A stretch of 64,000 bases of DNA from a virus (taxonomy: Duplodnaviria; Caudoviricetes). Below the pieces are notes generated by a model. That model searched no databases. It saw only the letters and a program-made list of their open reading frames with translations, and was not told the DNA's origin. Both the position numbers and the translations under genes were made by a program. Positions 48,001-56,280 of the stretch are shown piece by piece (positions within the stretch are counted from its first letter, which is position 1; each line of letters begins with the position of its first letter). Location: positions 2,616 to 66,615 of IMG/VR virus record IMGVR_UViG_3300012933_000199. One strand, 5' to 3'.

Positions 48001-50291
48001 GTAATTATAAATTCTTTGTACCACCTAACGCAGAAGATTTTGCTGGTATGTTATATAAACTTTATGGCAAAGGTGCACAAGGTGATGCTGACATGGCTTT
48101 ATTAAAAGAAAAATTATTAGATCCATTTGAGAAAGCTGAAAATGCTCTTAGTTCATATAGACAAAAGTTAGCTAACGACATGAAAGTTATGGACGCTAGC
48201 TTAAATGAATTAGGTGGTAAGGTAACTAAAGAGTCAAAAGATGCTCTTGAAAAATCAGGGTTTGATGCTGATCAAGCAACAAGAGTATATATATGGAATA
48301 AACAAGGTGTTGAAATACCAGGAATTACTAAAGACGAAGTTAAAGAATTATCTGATATAGTTTCTAATGACAGTCGTTTAAGAAATTACGCTAATGGTGT
48401 TATGAACTTAGTTGATTTTCCAGAGCCTACTGATTCTTGGTATGGTAGTAACTTAAAATATGATTTGTATACATACAGTACAGAGGGTGTTCGTAAAGAT
48501 TTCTTAGCTGAATGGTCAGAAAATATGAAAGAAGCATTTACTCCTGAAAATTATAATAGAATGGAGGCTGCTTATGGTAAAGACTTTGTGGATAACTTTA
48601 AAGAGTTAACTAAAAGAATGAAAACCGGTAAAGCTGAATACGAAAATATAAATCGTTATGCTCAAAAAGGTTTAGATTGGATAAATGGATCTGTAGGTGT
48701 AATCATGTGGATGAATATTCGTTCTGCTGTGCTACAAACGACTGCTGCATTTAACTACATAAACTGGGGTGATAATAATGTATTGGCTGCTGGTAAAACA
48801 TTAGCTAATCCGGCTGAGTTTGGTAGAACATTTAAAGAATTAATTAATTCAGATTTCCTTAAGCAACGTAGAGATGGTTTAGAGATAAACATTGAAGATG
48901 CTGAAATTGCTAAAGCTATTGAGAAAGGCGGTAATGCACCACAAAGATTGTTTGGTAAATTAATTAAAGCTGGATTCAAACCTACGCAAATTGCAGATAG
49001 TTTTGCTATTGCTGTTGGAGGTACACCTTTCTATATTAATAGAGCAAAGACATACGAAAAAGAAATGACCGTTGATGCCAATGGCAATGAAGTTAGAAAG
49101 TATTCTGATGCAGAAGCAAAGAAAAAAGCATTTGAAGATTTTAGATCTTTATCAGAAGAAAATCAACAGTCAAGTAGACAAGATCGTGTTTCTAATGTTC
49201 AATTAGGGGTTCTTGGCAGATTAATATTCGCATTTAACAATACATCGATGCAGATGGCCCGTCTACAAAAGAAAGCTGCCCTTGATATAATAAACAAAAG
49301 AGGTGATTTAAAAACTCACATATCTAAGCTTGTTTATTACGGTGTTATTCAAAATGCGATGTTCTATGCGTTACAGCAAGGTATGTTTGGAATGATGTTT
49401 GGCAAAGACGACGACGAACTAAAAGAAGGTGAAGCGGAGGCTATTAAAAAGAAAAACCAAGAGAAGACTATTAAGTTAGCAAATGGTATGATTGATGGCA
49501 TTCTAACAGGAGCTGGTTTAACTGGTAAGTTATTAGTTACTGCTAAAAACACATTGTTAAAGTATCAAGAAGAAGCTGCTAAAGCATATCAAGCAGATTA
49601 TGGTAATGTTGTTAATGAAGCTTTAAGTGTATCTCCTCCATTATCAAGTAAGACTAAAAAAGTATCAAGCGCATTTAAAGAGATTAAATACTTAGGTACT
49701 AAAAAGGGTCAGAAAGAAGTTGAAGGAACAGGCGCGTTAAATTCTCCTTATAACATGCCAAGAGCTAAAATATTTTCTGCTGCAACAAATGTGCCATTAG
49801 ACAGGATTATAACAAAGATCAGCAACGTAGCCACAGCGGTTAGTGACGAGAACATTCAAGATTGGCAAAGAATAGCTTTAGGTTTTGGTTGGGATAAATG
49901 GAGCTTAGGAATGTATGATAAACCGTACTTAACTCCTGCTGAACAAAAGAAAGCTGATTCTGAAAAAGCTAAAGAAGCCGCTGCAACAGCTAAAGAATCT
50001 AGAGAAGCTAAAAAAGCAAAAGAGAAAGCGGAATATGAAGCACTGCCACAATACAAGAAAGACAGTATTGACGATGCTAAAAAAGCCATCAAAGATAAAA
50101 AAGCTGAGCAAAAGTTTATTGAAGAGCAATTAAGAAAAGCTAGAATGTCTCCTGAAGAATTAGCACTTGAAAAATATAGAAAAAGTCAAGAAAGAAAATT
50201 GAAAAAATCTTCTCCTGAATATAAAGAAAAACAACTTAGAAGAAGTAGGATTAAAGATTCAATAAATAACGCTGTTAAATTTAACAAATGA
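42027..50291 (+). CDS. Giant (2754 aa) internal virion / polyvalent protein
   Basis: Single uninterrupted ORF; degenerate zincin motif QEMGH at 44598-44612; conserved-looking C-terminal region (FFVPPNAEDF, NIRSAVLQ). Confidence 0.75.
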   Translation: MSLQNDKLTAKELEDKKKKKIASINGATTKKVANEDVWGKSKYDAYMKPISGFDTTQEQQKPKTKAELYKLPPSMLSVEEAAKIAKGQRFAPVEKDETLASLKTFANNFIDSNEIYRTKDKFLGIEYGDPISIKKNLDTENELLNDEVVLQSIKDNAKESYKSLYPNKEIDQYVVDGLVEDVIKTRIKKNNDEKVIEKKKYQDQQKANGNYTAALNIGINQHISEIAPEEKTIANDIKAARSFQDLLKSPKATDAQKIDAQKKLNNLAPKLQDQLKKYNENLTFQFDNVTGRRLGKKEVEARKKAGDIGSMTDSSMEYKKMIANQKDQDLESLERGYFTHVNEYNNLQSKLNRTLNINPQDITTRGLLTAKGYKPNPKTNAFENVKVKDLVGLNNEYAAKDLQANLVKPKDGKAYIQPNVKAMLEDIEKDRKRLNLEREAYKTTYLMNIDPKGLDQTWLGSAVEKAAEGTIGQALTEKIGTTKRKELDEIQKVFNEYGIEPTKEQAENFKRSTGMKVAEGVGAFVPELAKFAAINAVGGGVLEGLGYAGRLAALGRSEKVLDKTLHFGINALKEEGVFKIATGGESQTGGGAGFYAGGQLINKAMPFRFAGAMARFNPLLEKVVLAGPGMVVGSEGASLTEALVKDLNGNKAFKTSMHELYGPQSEWGDRMIVNGFVGSVIGTHNLKGNDFKSISEKRKMFDKTYDELEVLQAENNPANEKKITQKQNLLGLLDHELQVADRKFNEQNIGDIKSQMDEASALLQNDNLTEGQRAEAEKVIAKGEASIVATKRAIERNFKAATATGALGKDVKLNIIEGPESADGAIKMSNPENKAEFNPDTNTINVNIYKYKKGVLAQEMGHAMMKVAFKNNPEIAEKFKEAIKSKVESAFAGKKFNGKTFEEAINEAYGENRPAEEYVMNVAEFLQNPKYKEVLLSNKFLPTLKRIVVDQANKIGLDLSSSTPLEVGEKNLNRASDLLEFLYDIGKTAEGSSSSALKKKFEKFKNIVIDGEKLIDIETNKEVITEEGELKNIENSASKNISENEKKDIFSKATRAYEETIKSGGSAEVAGLMVGMEMEPLVKRQVEGYLTSKGINMSRDVIEDIVRSVTTDSGPGTFGVPNLVEAWSKGQRLMDYIKTGRPSREMINSKAKELGIQDRTAAGSDVGTIDKYIKMAEGGTEQAQLTSYVFGNLPKRILQTLQKSEFADVFNTFSVEDVKNIDKLEESAGISGESSSSSEGYIDTSSPEQYTRVSQKRAETIIGLKPDVIEKINVDANKFLNAQKLENLDAKSIGTVELKDGGKAKVAMLESDKARITYPDGKVETIKARSPKIVEQYLGAPDKSFQKQFNFKEGLAEDFKNSLYNDLSKHAGNLINNVKATPQYESFIDNTFPLFKDYISQSAVNKRFAEFKEPFMDKATGKQAREKTAAGNPIFTKKNITLAEWRKYFLADGTQRIDGKRRSLLEALAVELGFDATMNVLGKEAMRKQIESRQADLSVELVDNYVAVVAKQIDRNNPTAMASKIIEEVSKKANISKEEARLRLINVVYDNKGEIRNKEEIIKDEAGAIFYDYVEYNAELDVAKDTQSRLLAAKENSNLKQKLEEAGVTFKYENVNDLLQINKKSEKDLKEYEENFVKPFVASLPAEVSKFTTAANSSLENSVLAPLLGYTSRKNVAGETFSRNRFEDIIKEAKTDIKLSDGLTKEWNDLIKQSKANNKEGAGITINAKAKEHFKSIGDISRSDLSPNEKRKEIDNLTTRDEAIADLNNKEKILELTLKTIKEKAQAIDPTEAGDAERERLAKNVATMLLNNDGLGTRKYSYETYHDLSMPAKAEIKNEHLKNKAKFGADLIELIVKNELSDEAITKLVKSFQSALGNKAGQLFADVVLGKTADNAKVYKLALSQFENLGIKATYKEALENVYNWTTKKTAWEELVESNIGKELELDKENSSVMASKNLGEEISKMIERKSGISSTKELSDAKAQILGRKKGNYKFFVPPNAEDFAGMLYKLYGKGAQGDADMALLKEKLLDPFEKAENALSSYRQKLANDMKVMDASLNELGGKVTKESKDALEKSGFDADQATRVYIWNKQGVEIPGITKDEVKELSDIVSNDSRLRNYANGVMNLVDFPEPTDSWYGSNLKYDLYTYSTEGVRKDFLAEWSENMKEAFTPENYNRMEAAYGKDFVDNFKELTKRMKTGKAEYENINRYAQKGLDWINGSVGVIMWMNIRSAVLQTTAAFNYINWGDNNVLAAGKTLANPAEFGRTFKELINSDFLKQRRDGLEINIEDAEIAKAIEKGGNAPQRLFGKLIKAGFKPTQIADSFAIAVGGTPFYINRAKTYEKEMTVDANGNEVRKYSDAEAKKKAFEDFRSLSEENQQSSRQDRVSNVQLGVLGRLIFAFNNTSMQMARLQKKAALDIINKRGDLKTHISKLVYYGVIQNAMFYALQQGMFGMMFGKDDDELKEGEAEAIKKKNQEKTIKLANGMIDGILTGAGLTGKLLVTAKNTLLKYQEEAAKAYQADYGNVVNEALSVSPPLSSKTKKVSSAFKEIKYLGTKKGQKEVEGTGALNSPYNMPRAKIFSAATNVPLDRIITKISNVATAVSDENIQDWQRIALGFGWDKWSLGMYDKPYLTPAEQKKADSEKAKEAAATAKESREAKKAKEKAEYEALPQYKKDSIDDAKKAIKDKKAEQKFIEEQLRKARMSPEELALEKYRKSQERKLKKSSPEYKEKQLRRSRIKDSINNAVKFNK

Positions 50292-50467
50292 AACCAATAA
50301 CAACAAAAATAAAAGAAATTAGAGCTAAAATCAGTTTCCCTAAAGGTATGAAAATATCAATAGGGGCTGATGGAAGCGGGGGTATTATTCCGGAATATAA
50401 TACAGATCCTGCAAGTTGCAAGTGCGGGAAAAAAATGGCTTGCAAATGTAAAAAAAATATTAAATAA
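50288..50467 (+). CDS. Small basic Cys-rich protein, 59 aa
   Basis: Manual translation MKPITTKIKEIRAK...SCKCGKKMACKCKKNIK*; ATG overlaps the giant gene stop. Confidence 0.65.
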   Translation: MKPITTKIKEIRAKISFPKGMKISIGADGSGGIIPEYNTDPASCKCGKKMACKCKKNIK

Positions 50468-50473
50468 AAAATT

Positions 50474-50842
50474 ATGGCATTAACTACAGAAGAGATTGCG
50501 GGAAAATTAGCGTTCTTTCACGAACAATTCCACATGATACATTGGGAAACCAGAACATTTGCTGAACATGAAGCAACAGGTTCTTTTTACGAATACCTTC
50601 AGAAATTTAAAGACGAGGTTATTGAAAAACTAATGGGTTACACTGGCAAAAGAATTAAGGGATTAAAGATTGAGCCAATTAAAACAGGTGTAGATGCAAT
50701 GGAATTAGCTGATCAGGTTTTGAAGTTCTCTAAAGAATTAGAATCTCACGGAGAGAGCAATGGATATGGCGATATTTGCAATATTGCACAAGCGTTGTCA
50801 GGAGAGACAGCAAAGCTTAAATACTTATTGACTTTGTCATAA
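50474..50842 (+). CDS. Ferritin/Dps-like four-helix protein (DUF5856-like)
   Basis: HMIHWETRTFAEHEATG.FYE..D...E and ...KLKYLLTLS pattern. Confidence 0.7.
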   Translation: MALTTEEIAGKLAFFHEQFHMIHWETRTFAEHEATGSFYEYLQKFKDEVIEKLMGYTGKRIKGLKIEPIKTGVDAMELADQVLKFSKELESHGESNGYGDICNIAQALSGETAKLKYLLTLS

Positions 50843-50847
50843 TAAAA

Positions 50848-50876
50848 AAAGGGGACCACATTAGTGAATCCCCTTT
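50848..50876. terminator. Bidirectional terminator between the convergent late and replication arms
   Basis: AAAGGGGA...TCCCCTTT hairpin flanked by an A-run and a T-run. Confidence 0.75.
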
Positions 50877-50974
50877 AATTTTTTTGCTATACATAATGCC
50901 GTATATGGCATTTATATATAACATATTATACAATACAGTTAAAAATGCAAGATAATATGCAATATATTGCACAT

Positions 50975-52696
50975 TTATCCGTCACACGATAGACAACCGT
51001 CATCCATTGCTTTAGCTGCAATATCTCCTCTAAGGACACTTTCAGTTCTTGTATAATACAAAGTCTTAACTCCTTTTTTCCATGCTTCCATGTGGACCTT
51101 ATTAATCCATTTTGGTGTAGCTTCACTAGGAAACGCAAGGTTCAAACTTACTGACTGATCAATATACTGTTGTCTTATACCTGCTTGATTAACTAACTCA
51201 AGCTGATTAATCTCTTTAAACGTTTTGAAAACTTCTTTAACTGGTATATCATGATTGCCAATTAATACTTCTTCAAGTTCTGGTATATCTTGTATTGATC
51301 CGCCATCTGCTAAAATCTTATTCCATATTTCATCAGTATTCAAATCAAGATCTTCTAATACCTGTTCTAGAGTTGGATTTTTTCTAATGAAAGTTCCTTT
51401 CGCACTTTGCTCCGTAAAAACGTTTGCAGCCCACGGTTCAATTCCAGAACTAACATTACCACTAAGTTTACTATTACTAACAGTAGGTGCAATAGCGCGT
51501 AAATGGGTATTTCGCATGCCAGTACCAACGCACCAAAGAGGTTCTCCATAGACATCAGCCAAAGCCTTAGATGCTCTTTCGCTCTCAATCTTGATTTGAC
51601 TAAATATTTTTCTTGTTTCGTACTGTGCAAGCAATCCCTCGAAAGGCAATCCTTTTTCTTGCAAGTAAGTGTGCCACCCAAGCACCCCGAGCCCAAGCGG
51701 CCTACCTTTCGTGGCGGACCTAACGGAGTTCTCAAAGCCTCTAAGTCCTTTAGCTCGTTGTATAAACTCTTCCATAACCCCGTCCAAGAACCAGATTGAG
51801 TCATAGATGATGTTCGTGTCTTTCCATTCTTCATATTTTGCTAAGTTTAATGATGATAAACAACATACAAAGCTATGTGTCTCATCAGTGTGTAATGTTA
51901 TTTCGCTACATATATTAGTCATGTGGACTTTTAATCCGTGAGTTCTATATGCTTGAGGATTCGCTTTGTTAGTGTTTCCTTTGAATAATACGTAAGGCTC
52001 ACCAGTCGCTTTACGCTTTCTGATAAGGGCGCTCCACCTATCCCTTGCGTCCGTATCTCCTTGCTCAAGTTTTCGCATAAACTTATCACCAACCACCACG
52101 CATTGATGCAAGTTAAGCGATTGTCTATTGACATCTCCTTTAGGCTCTCTGATTTCCAACCAATCTTTAAAATCTCCATGCTCAATGTTGATATTAACCG
52201 AGGCTGCTCCTCTTCTGACAGCTCCTTGATTCGTTGCAAGTATAGTTGAGTCATATATTTTACAAAAGGGGACGACTCCATCTGATGTTCCATTGCCTGT
52301 TATTTTACTGCCAGCGGGTCTAATTTGATTTACTCCGATACCTACTCCACCGCCGTGCTTAGCTAGTAGCATCATCTCTAAATTCTTTTGTCCAATGTCC
52401 TGAATACTGTCTGCTACATCAATTCCAAAACAACTAATAGGCAAACCTCGATCTGTACCTGTATTAGATAGCACTGGTGAAGCCAAACATAGCCAGCCAT
52501 TCCAAATGTATTCAAAAAACTTTTCAGCTAGTTCTGGCTTGTATAAACGTCTCGCTACAGTAGTAGCTACTCTTTTATATGCATCCCTTGGTGTCTCATC
52601 AAATACTAAATAACCACCAGCTATTGTTTTCTTATATACTTCCGTGTCTCCCCATTCAGGATAATCCACTCCTTTAATCCATTCTTCCTTCCACAT
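50975..52696 (-). CDS. nrdA: Ribonucleotide reductase class Ia alpha subunit (no ATP cone)
   Basis: LPISCF, GGGVG, TNICSEI, VCCLSSLNL, IAPTVS, KTLYY and C-terminal CLSCDG motifs. Confidence 0.95.
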   Translation of the reverse strand: MWKEEWIKGVDYPEWGDTEVYKKTIAGGYLVFDETPRDAYKRVATTVARRLYKPELAEKFFEYIWNGWLCLASPVLSNTGTDRGLPISCFGIDVADSIQDIGQKNLEMMLLAKHGGGVGIGVNQIRPAGSKITGNGTSDGVVPFCKIYDSTILATNQGAVRRGAASVNINIEHGDFKDWLEIREPKGDVNRQSLNLHQCVVVGDKFMRKLEQGDTDARDRWSALIRKRKATGEPYVLFKGNTNKANPQAYRTHGLKVHMTNICSEITLHTDETHSFVCCLSSLNLAKYEEWKDTNIIYDSIWFLDGVMEEFIQRAKGLRGFENSVRSATKGRPLGLGVLGWHTYLQEKGLPFEGLLAQYETRKIFSQIKIESERASKALADVYGEPLWCVGTGMRNTHLRAIAPTVSNSKLSGNVSSGIEPWAANVFTEQSAKGTFIRKNPTLEQVLEDLDLNTDEIWNKILADGGSIQDIPELEEVLIGNHDIPVKEVFKTFKEINQLELVNQAGIRQQYIDQSVSLNLAFPSEATPKWINKVHMEAWKKGVKTLYYTRTESVLRGDIAAKAMDDGCLSCDG

Positions 52697-52889
52697 AATT
52701 CGGATCTGTTTTTTCTTTTAGTTGATTAATAGCTTCTTGATAACCTGGCATAAGTTCTATTGTTTTCATTATACCAAGATTAAGTGTTGTCAAGTGTTGA
52801 TTTTCATCCATGATGTTTAATACACTCTTCTTTAATATCTCAATCTTTTTTTCTAATAAATCTACTCTGCTTTGTTTTTGTGCACTCAT
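52674..52889 (-). CDS. Hypothetical coiled-coil protein between nrdB and nrdA
   Basis: ORF track, 71 aa. Confidence 0.65.
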   Translation of the reverse strand: MSAQKQSRVDLLEKKIEILKKSVLNIMDENQHLTTLNLGIMKTIELMPGYQEAINQLKEKTDPNYVEGRMD

Positions 52890-52903
52890 ATTATTTTATT
52901 TGT

Positions 52904-53872
52904 TTACCATATATCTTCAAAATCTTCTCCTTCATTTGCTTTACTGTAATCAGTAGGTCTAATAGCAAAGAAATCTGTATGCGTTACTCCACCCGTCAAA
53001 TGATAGAACCAATCTAAATTTGAAGCTGCTTCTTTATTAAATGGGAAATAAGATCCCAAATCTAAATAACCTAGCTCAACTAATTTCTCGTTTGTTCTTT
53101 TCTTTATGAACTGTATTAAATCATAAGAAGTAATACCCTCAATCTCTCCCGCTTCAAACATTTTACCAATGTAACTAATCTCGAGCTTAACCATCGTTTC
53201 AGCAGCGTTTATAACATCTTGCCTGCATTGTTCCAATAAAGTGGGATCTTCTTCACACATGTGACGGAATAACTGGCATCCCATCTTACTGTGTAATGAT
53301 TCATCACGTACACTCCATTTCATTTGCTGTCCAATTCCCTTAAGTAAATTTCTTAATTGAAAAGAATATAATACAGCGAAAGCAGAATAAAGACTAACCC
53401 CTTCAGCGAAAGCGCTAAATATAGCAAGAGAGCGACCAATATCAGCTGTACTTCTACCTTCTGTTGCAACCAAGTTAGAAAACCTTTCAGCCGTTGCTGG
53501 CTCGTGTAAAAATGCTTCATAATCTTCTAGTCCTAATGTTTCATTTAAGTAACTATAAGCTACAGCGTGAACTGTTTCTTGAGAACCAAATAACATAGCC
53601 ATTTGTTGTATCTCATGCTTAGGAAACCATTTAACAACACTTTGTGTCCAATAGTCCGATACAGCGCACTCTGTTTGAGCAAAACCCAGTAGTATATTTC
53701 CTACCAGGTTTTTTTCTTTATAGTTTAGTTTTTCATTCCAGTCTTTTAAATCGCCTTGCATTGATATTTCAGTGTGTAACCAAAATGCTTGTGCTTGCTT
53801 TAACCAACCTTCTGTATAATAAACTGGGTACTCAAACGGTTTATAAGGAATTCGTTCGTCAAATAATCCCAT
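52904..53872 (-). CDS. nrdB: Ribonucleotide reductase class Ia beta subunit
   Basis: FWLHTEI, ETVHAVAYS (radical Tyr), EGVSLYSAF, RDESLH and DFFA motifs. Confidence 0.95.
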   Translation of the reverse strand: MGLFDERIPYKPFEYPVYYTEGWLKQAQAFWLHTEISMQGDLKDWNEKLNYKEKNLVGNILLGFAQTECAVSDYWTQSVVKWFPKHEIQQMAMLFGSQETVHAVAYSYLNETLGLEDYEAFLHEPATAERFSNLVATEGRSTADIGRSLAIFSAFAEGVSLYSAFAVLYSFQLRNLLKGIGQQMKWSVRDESLHSKMGCQLFRHMCEEDPTLLEQCRQDVINAAETMVKLEISYIGKMFEAGEIEGITSYDLIQFIKKRTNEKLVELGYLDLGSYFPFNKEAASNLDWFYHLTGGVTHTDFFAIRPTDYSKANEGEDFEDIW

Positions 53873-54171
53873 TATTTAAAAACTTCTAATGCAAAATCTA
53901 CAAATGGTAGATAAAATACATGCAGGTTAGACTCTTCATAAGCGTAAGTACGCATTCCTATTACTATTCCTGGGTAAAGACCCACTGAAAATTCCCATTT
54001 GTTCATATTTATTTATTTTAAGTTATCTATTAATTCCATTAATTCATTCCACTTCACTTTTCCTTTAGCCTGCATGCTCCACTTAACAAATTTATCAACT
54101 TGTCTTTCGGCATACTTTCTTTTAGCAATTATTTTAGATTGCCTAGGATTAATTGGACCGTTTTGTCGCAT
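53872..54171 (-). other. Two small ORFs missed by the track
   Basis: Manual: 53872-54006 (MNKWEFSVGLYPGIVIGMRTY...) and 54013-54171 (MRQNGPINPRQSK...). Confidence 0.65.
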
Positions 54172-54194
54172 ATTTTTCCATATTTTATTTGTTT

Positions 54195-54548
54195 TTAATT
54201 ATAATTGCATCCATTATATCCGCAATAATGAAATAACGCTTCTGTCATAAGAGCTAAAGCAGGGTGGCTATATTTAGCGATTATTTCATAATCATTTACT
54301 ATTTTACCATCTCTATCATGCTGAGCTATCCTATCTTCTATTAGACTTGTTATACCTACATAATGCTCCTCCGGCAAATAATAAACGTACCAATACCCGT
54401 CTTTTTTAGAATCCCTCCACTCTCTTCTTTGCTTTCTTCCGCATTCTTTGCAATAAGACCTTAGATAAGTGCCATTGCTTTTTATACATTTATGAAATTC
54501 AGACAAATCTTTTTCAATATTGCATACTTTACACTTTTTTGTTTTCAT
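54195..54548 (-). CDS. Zn-finger plus GIY-YIG-like endonuclease
   Basis: CKVC...CKEC N-terminus followed by YVYYLPEEHYVGIT...RIAQH. Confidence 0.6.
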   Translation of the reverse strand: MKTKKCKVCNIEKDLSEFHKCIKSNGTYLRSYCKECGRKQRREWRDSKKDGYWYVYYLPEEHYVGITSLIEDRIAQHDRDGKIVNDYEIIAKYSHPALALMTEALFHYCGYNGCNYN

Positions 54549-54607
54549 ATTAATTATATTTTATAATTATATAATCACGTGTAACATTCTTTTTTTATGT
54601 AATGCGA

Positions 54608-55054
54608 CTATTTTTTTAAATTATTTAATATTAATTCAACTGTCATTAAGCACTCAGCTTGGTTTTGAGGTTTATATAAAGTTCTATTATCATTATTGTC
54701 GTACATCCATTTTTTAAATAGCTTCCATCGTAAAGGAAAAGATTCATTAGCTCTACCTTTAGTTTCAATTATAAATGTATCTCCAACAAAATCAGGTGTA
54801 TACTTTAAATTTAAAACCTTTTTAATTCCTCTATTTATAAAATCTCCTTTACCGTTTGATTGTCTTTCAAAACATTTGTTATCAAACATAAAAGCAGGTA
54901 CTAATTCGTATGTATATCCTTCATATTTAAAATGAATTCCAGCATCTTTTAATGCTTTATACATATACTTTTCAAGGCCTGAAGCAAAGGTTATGCCGTC
55001 ATACATAACCTTTTTAGCTACTACAGGTCCTTTCTTTCTTGCTGCTCTACTCAT
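54608..55054 (-). CDS. T7 endonuclease I-like Holliday junction resolvase
   Basis: FASGLEKYM, YEG, YTPDF and IIETKGR motifs. Confidence 0.85.
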   Translation of the reverse strand: MSRAARKKGPVVAKKVMYDGITFASGLEKYMYKALKDAGIHFKYEGYTYELVPAFMFDNKCFERQSNGKGDFINRGIKKVLNLKYTPDFVGDTFIIETKGRANESFPLRWKLFKKWMYDNNDNRTLYKPQNQAECLMTVELILNNLKK

Positions 55055-55346
55055 CTATTGTATATGAGAAGCCATTAGCATCTGTCCACTTTTCAGCATC
55101 TTTAACTTCCATTTGCAAAAGATCTAATTCTTCTTTCAAAGTAGTTACTTCTTCTTTAAGACGTTGAACATACAAGACAGCATCCATTAATTCTTCTTGG
55201 AAATGATTAAGCCAAGTGTGCATATCTGATTTGTCATCACGTAATGTTTTACCGTACTTTGCAAATCCAACATCTGATCTTGATACAAATTTGTCTACTA
55301 CATTTTCAACAACAGGATCTCTAAACATTATTTCTTTCTTTGTCAT
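55047..55346 (-). CDS. All-alpha NTP pyrophosphohydrolase-like protein
   Basis: RSDVGFAKYGKTL...WLNHFQEELMDAVLY motif. Confidence 0.6.
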   Translation of the reverse strand: MTKKEIMFRDPVVENVVDKFVSRSDVGFAKYGKTLRDDKSDMHTWLNHFQEELMDAVLYVQRLKEEVTTLKEELDLLQMEVKDAEKWTDANGFSYTIDE

Positions 55347-56263
55347 TACAATGTACTATTAAATGTGTTTGTTGTGCTACCTTTTGCTGTGTTAGTTAAT
55401 CCAGTATAATAAGCAAACCCATTAGGCATAGCTGAATTGCTAGAGCTTGATTTTACGAATGTACCATTTTGCATCGACCCTTTTCTATTTGCTATTTCAG
55501 TATAAGCTGAAAATACGCAATCTTCTAATTTCATATTCTCAAGCTTAGCTAAGTTTGTTAATACAACAACCATATCACCAATAGCATCTTTAATTTCAAG
55601 TTTGTTATTAGTCAATAATGCTTTAGCTAATTCTCCAGCTTCTTCCATTAATTTAACATATTGTGTTTTAGAATCGCCTTTTTCATATATACCGCGTTCT
55701 TTAGCCCATGCTCTAATTAATTTGTATACGTTAGGAACCTTTTCTGTCTTTGGTTCTTTAGCTGTTAATCTGTCATCAACTTTACCAGCTGTAGGTAATA
55801 ATTTTATGTATTCTGACAATGCTTTATTATAAATGAACGATCTATTAGGATTGTACATTGATGTTCTTACATTTGTCATGATCCAATCTATAATTGTAGG
55901 CGTCAATTTAAAGCTTCCATAAGGATAAGAAATCTCTTTATTAAGATTATCTAATAGTTGTCCTTTTAGCTTGTTCACAGGGCATGCAAATGTTGTTGTT
56001 TGATCTGTTGCGTTTGTTTCCATTTGATTTGATTTAAGTTTTTTCATTAATTCTTTGTAGGAATTACGGTCGATCTTATACCCGTAGAGTAATTGAAGCT
56101 CTGATTCTCGGTTGGATATATAATCTATATCCGAACTGATTTCCAGAACTTCGTATTCGCTTGGCTGGTACCCTTGTTGTACCGTTATTCTACTTTTAAG
56201 ATCACGTGTAACTCCTATTTTTTTACCAGGAATATGGTAAAGATAATAAATTATTTTGCTCAT
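55346..56263 (-). CDS. MazG-like pyrophosphohydrolase fused to an N-terminal GIY-YIG-like domain
   Basis: N-terminal YYLYHIPGKKIGVT; C-terminal WAKERG...KLMEEAGELA...DAIGD.VVVL. Confidence 0.75.
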   Translation of the reverse strand: MSKIIYYLYHIPGKKIGVTRDLKSRITVQQGYQPSEYEVLEISSDIDYISNRESELQLLYGYKIDRNSYKELMKKLKSNQMETNATDQTTTFACPVNKLKGQLLDNLNKEISYPYGSFKLTPTIIDWIMTNVRTSMYNPNRSFIYNKALSEYIKLLPTAGKVDDRLTAKEPKTEKVPNVYKLIRAWAKERGIYEKGDSKTQYVKLMEEAGELAKALLTNNKLEIKDAIGDMVVVLTNLAKLENMKLEDCVFSAYTEIANRKGSMQNGTFVKSSSSNSAMPNGFAYYTGLTNTAKGSTTNTFNSTL

Positions 56264-56280
56264 TGTATGTTTTTTTTAAA

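Noticed and set aside
42027-50291. Virion RNA polymerase (crAss- or N4-like)
   Set aside because: I found no DxDGD/DFDID motif and no T7-type motif A/B/C by eye. A profile search is needed to exclude a highly diverged enzyme.
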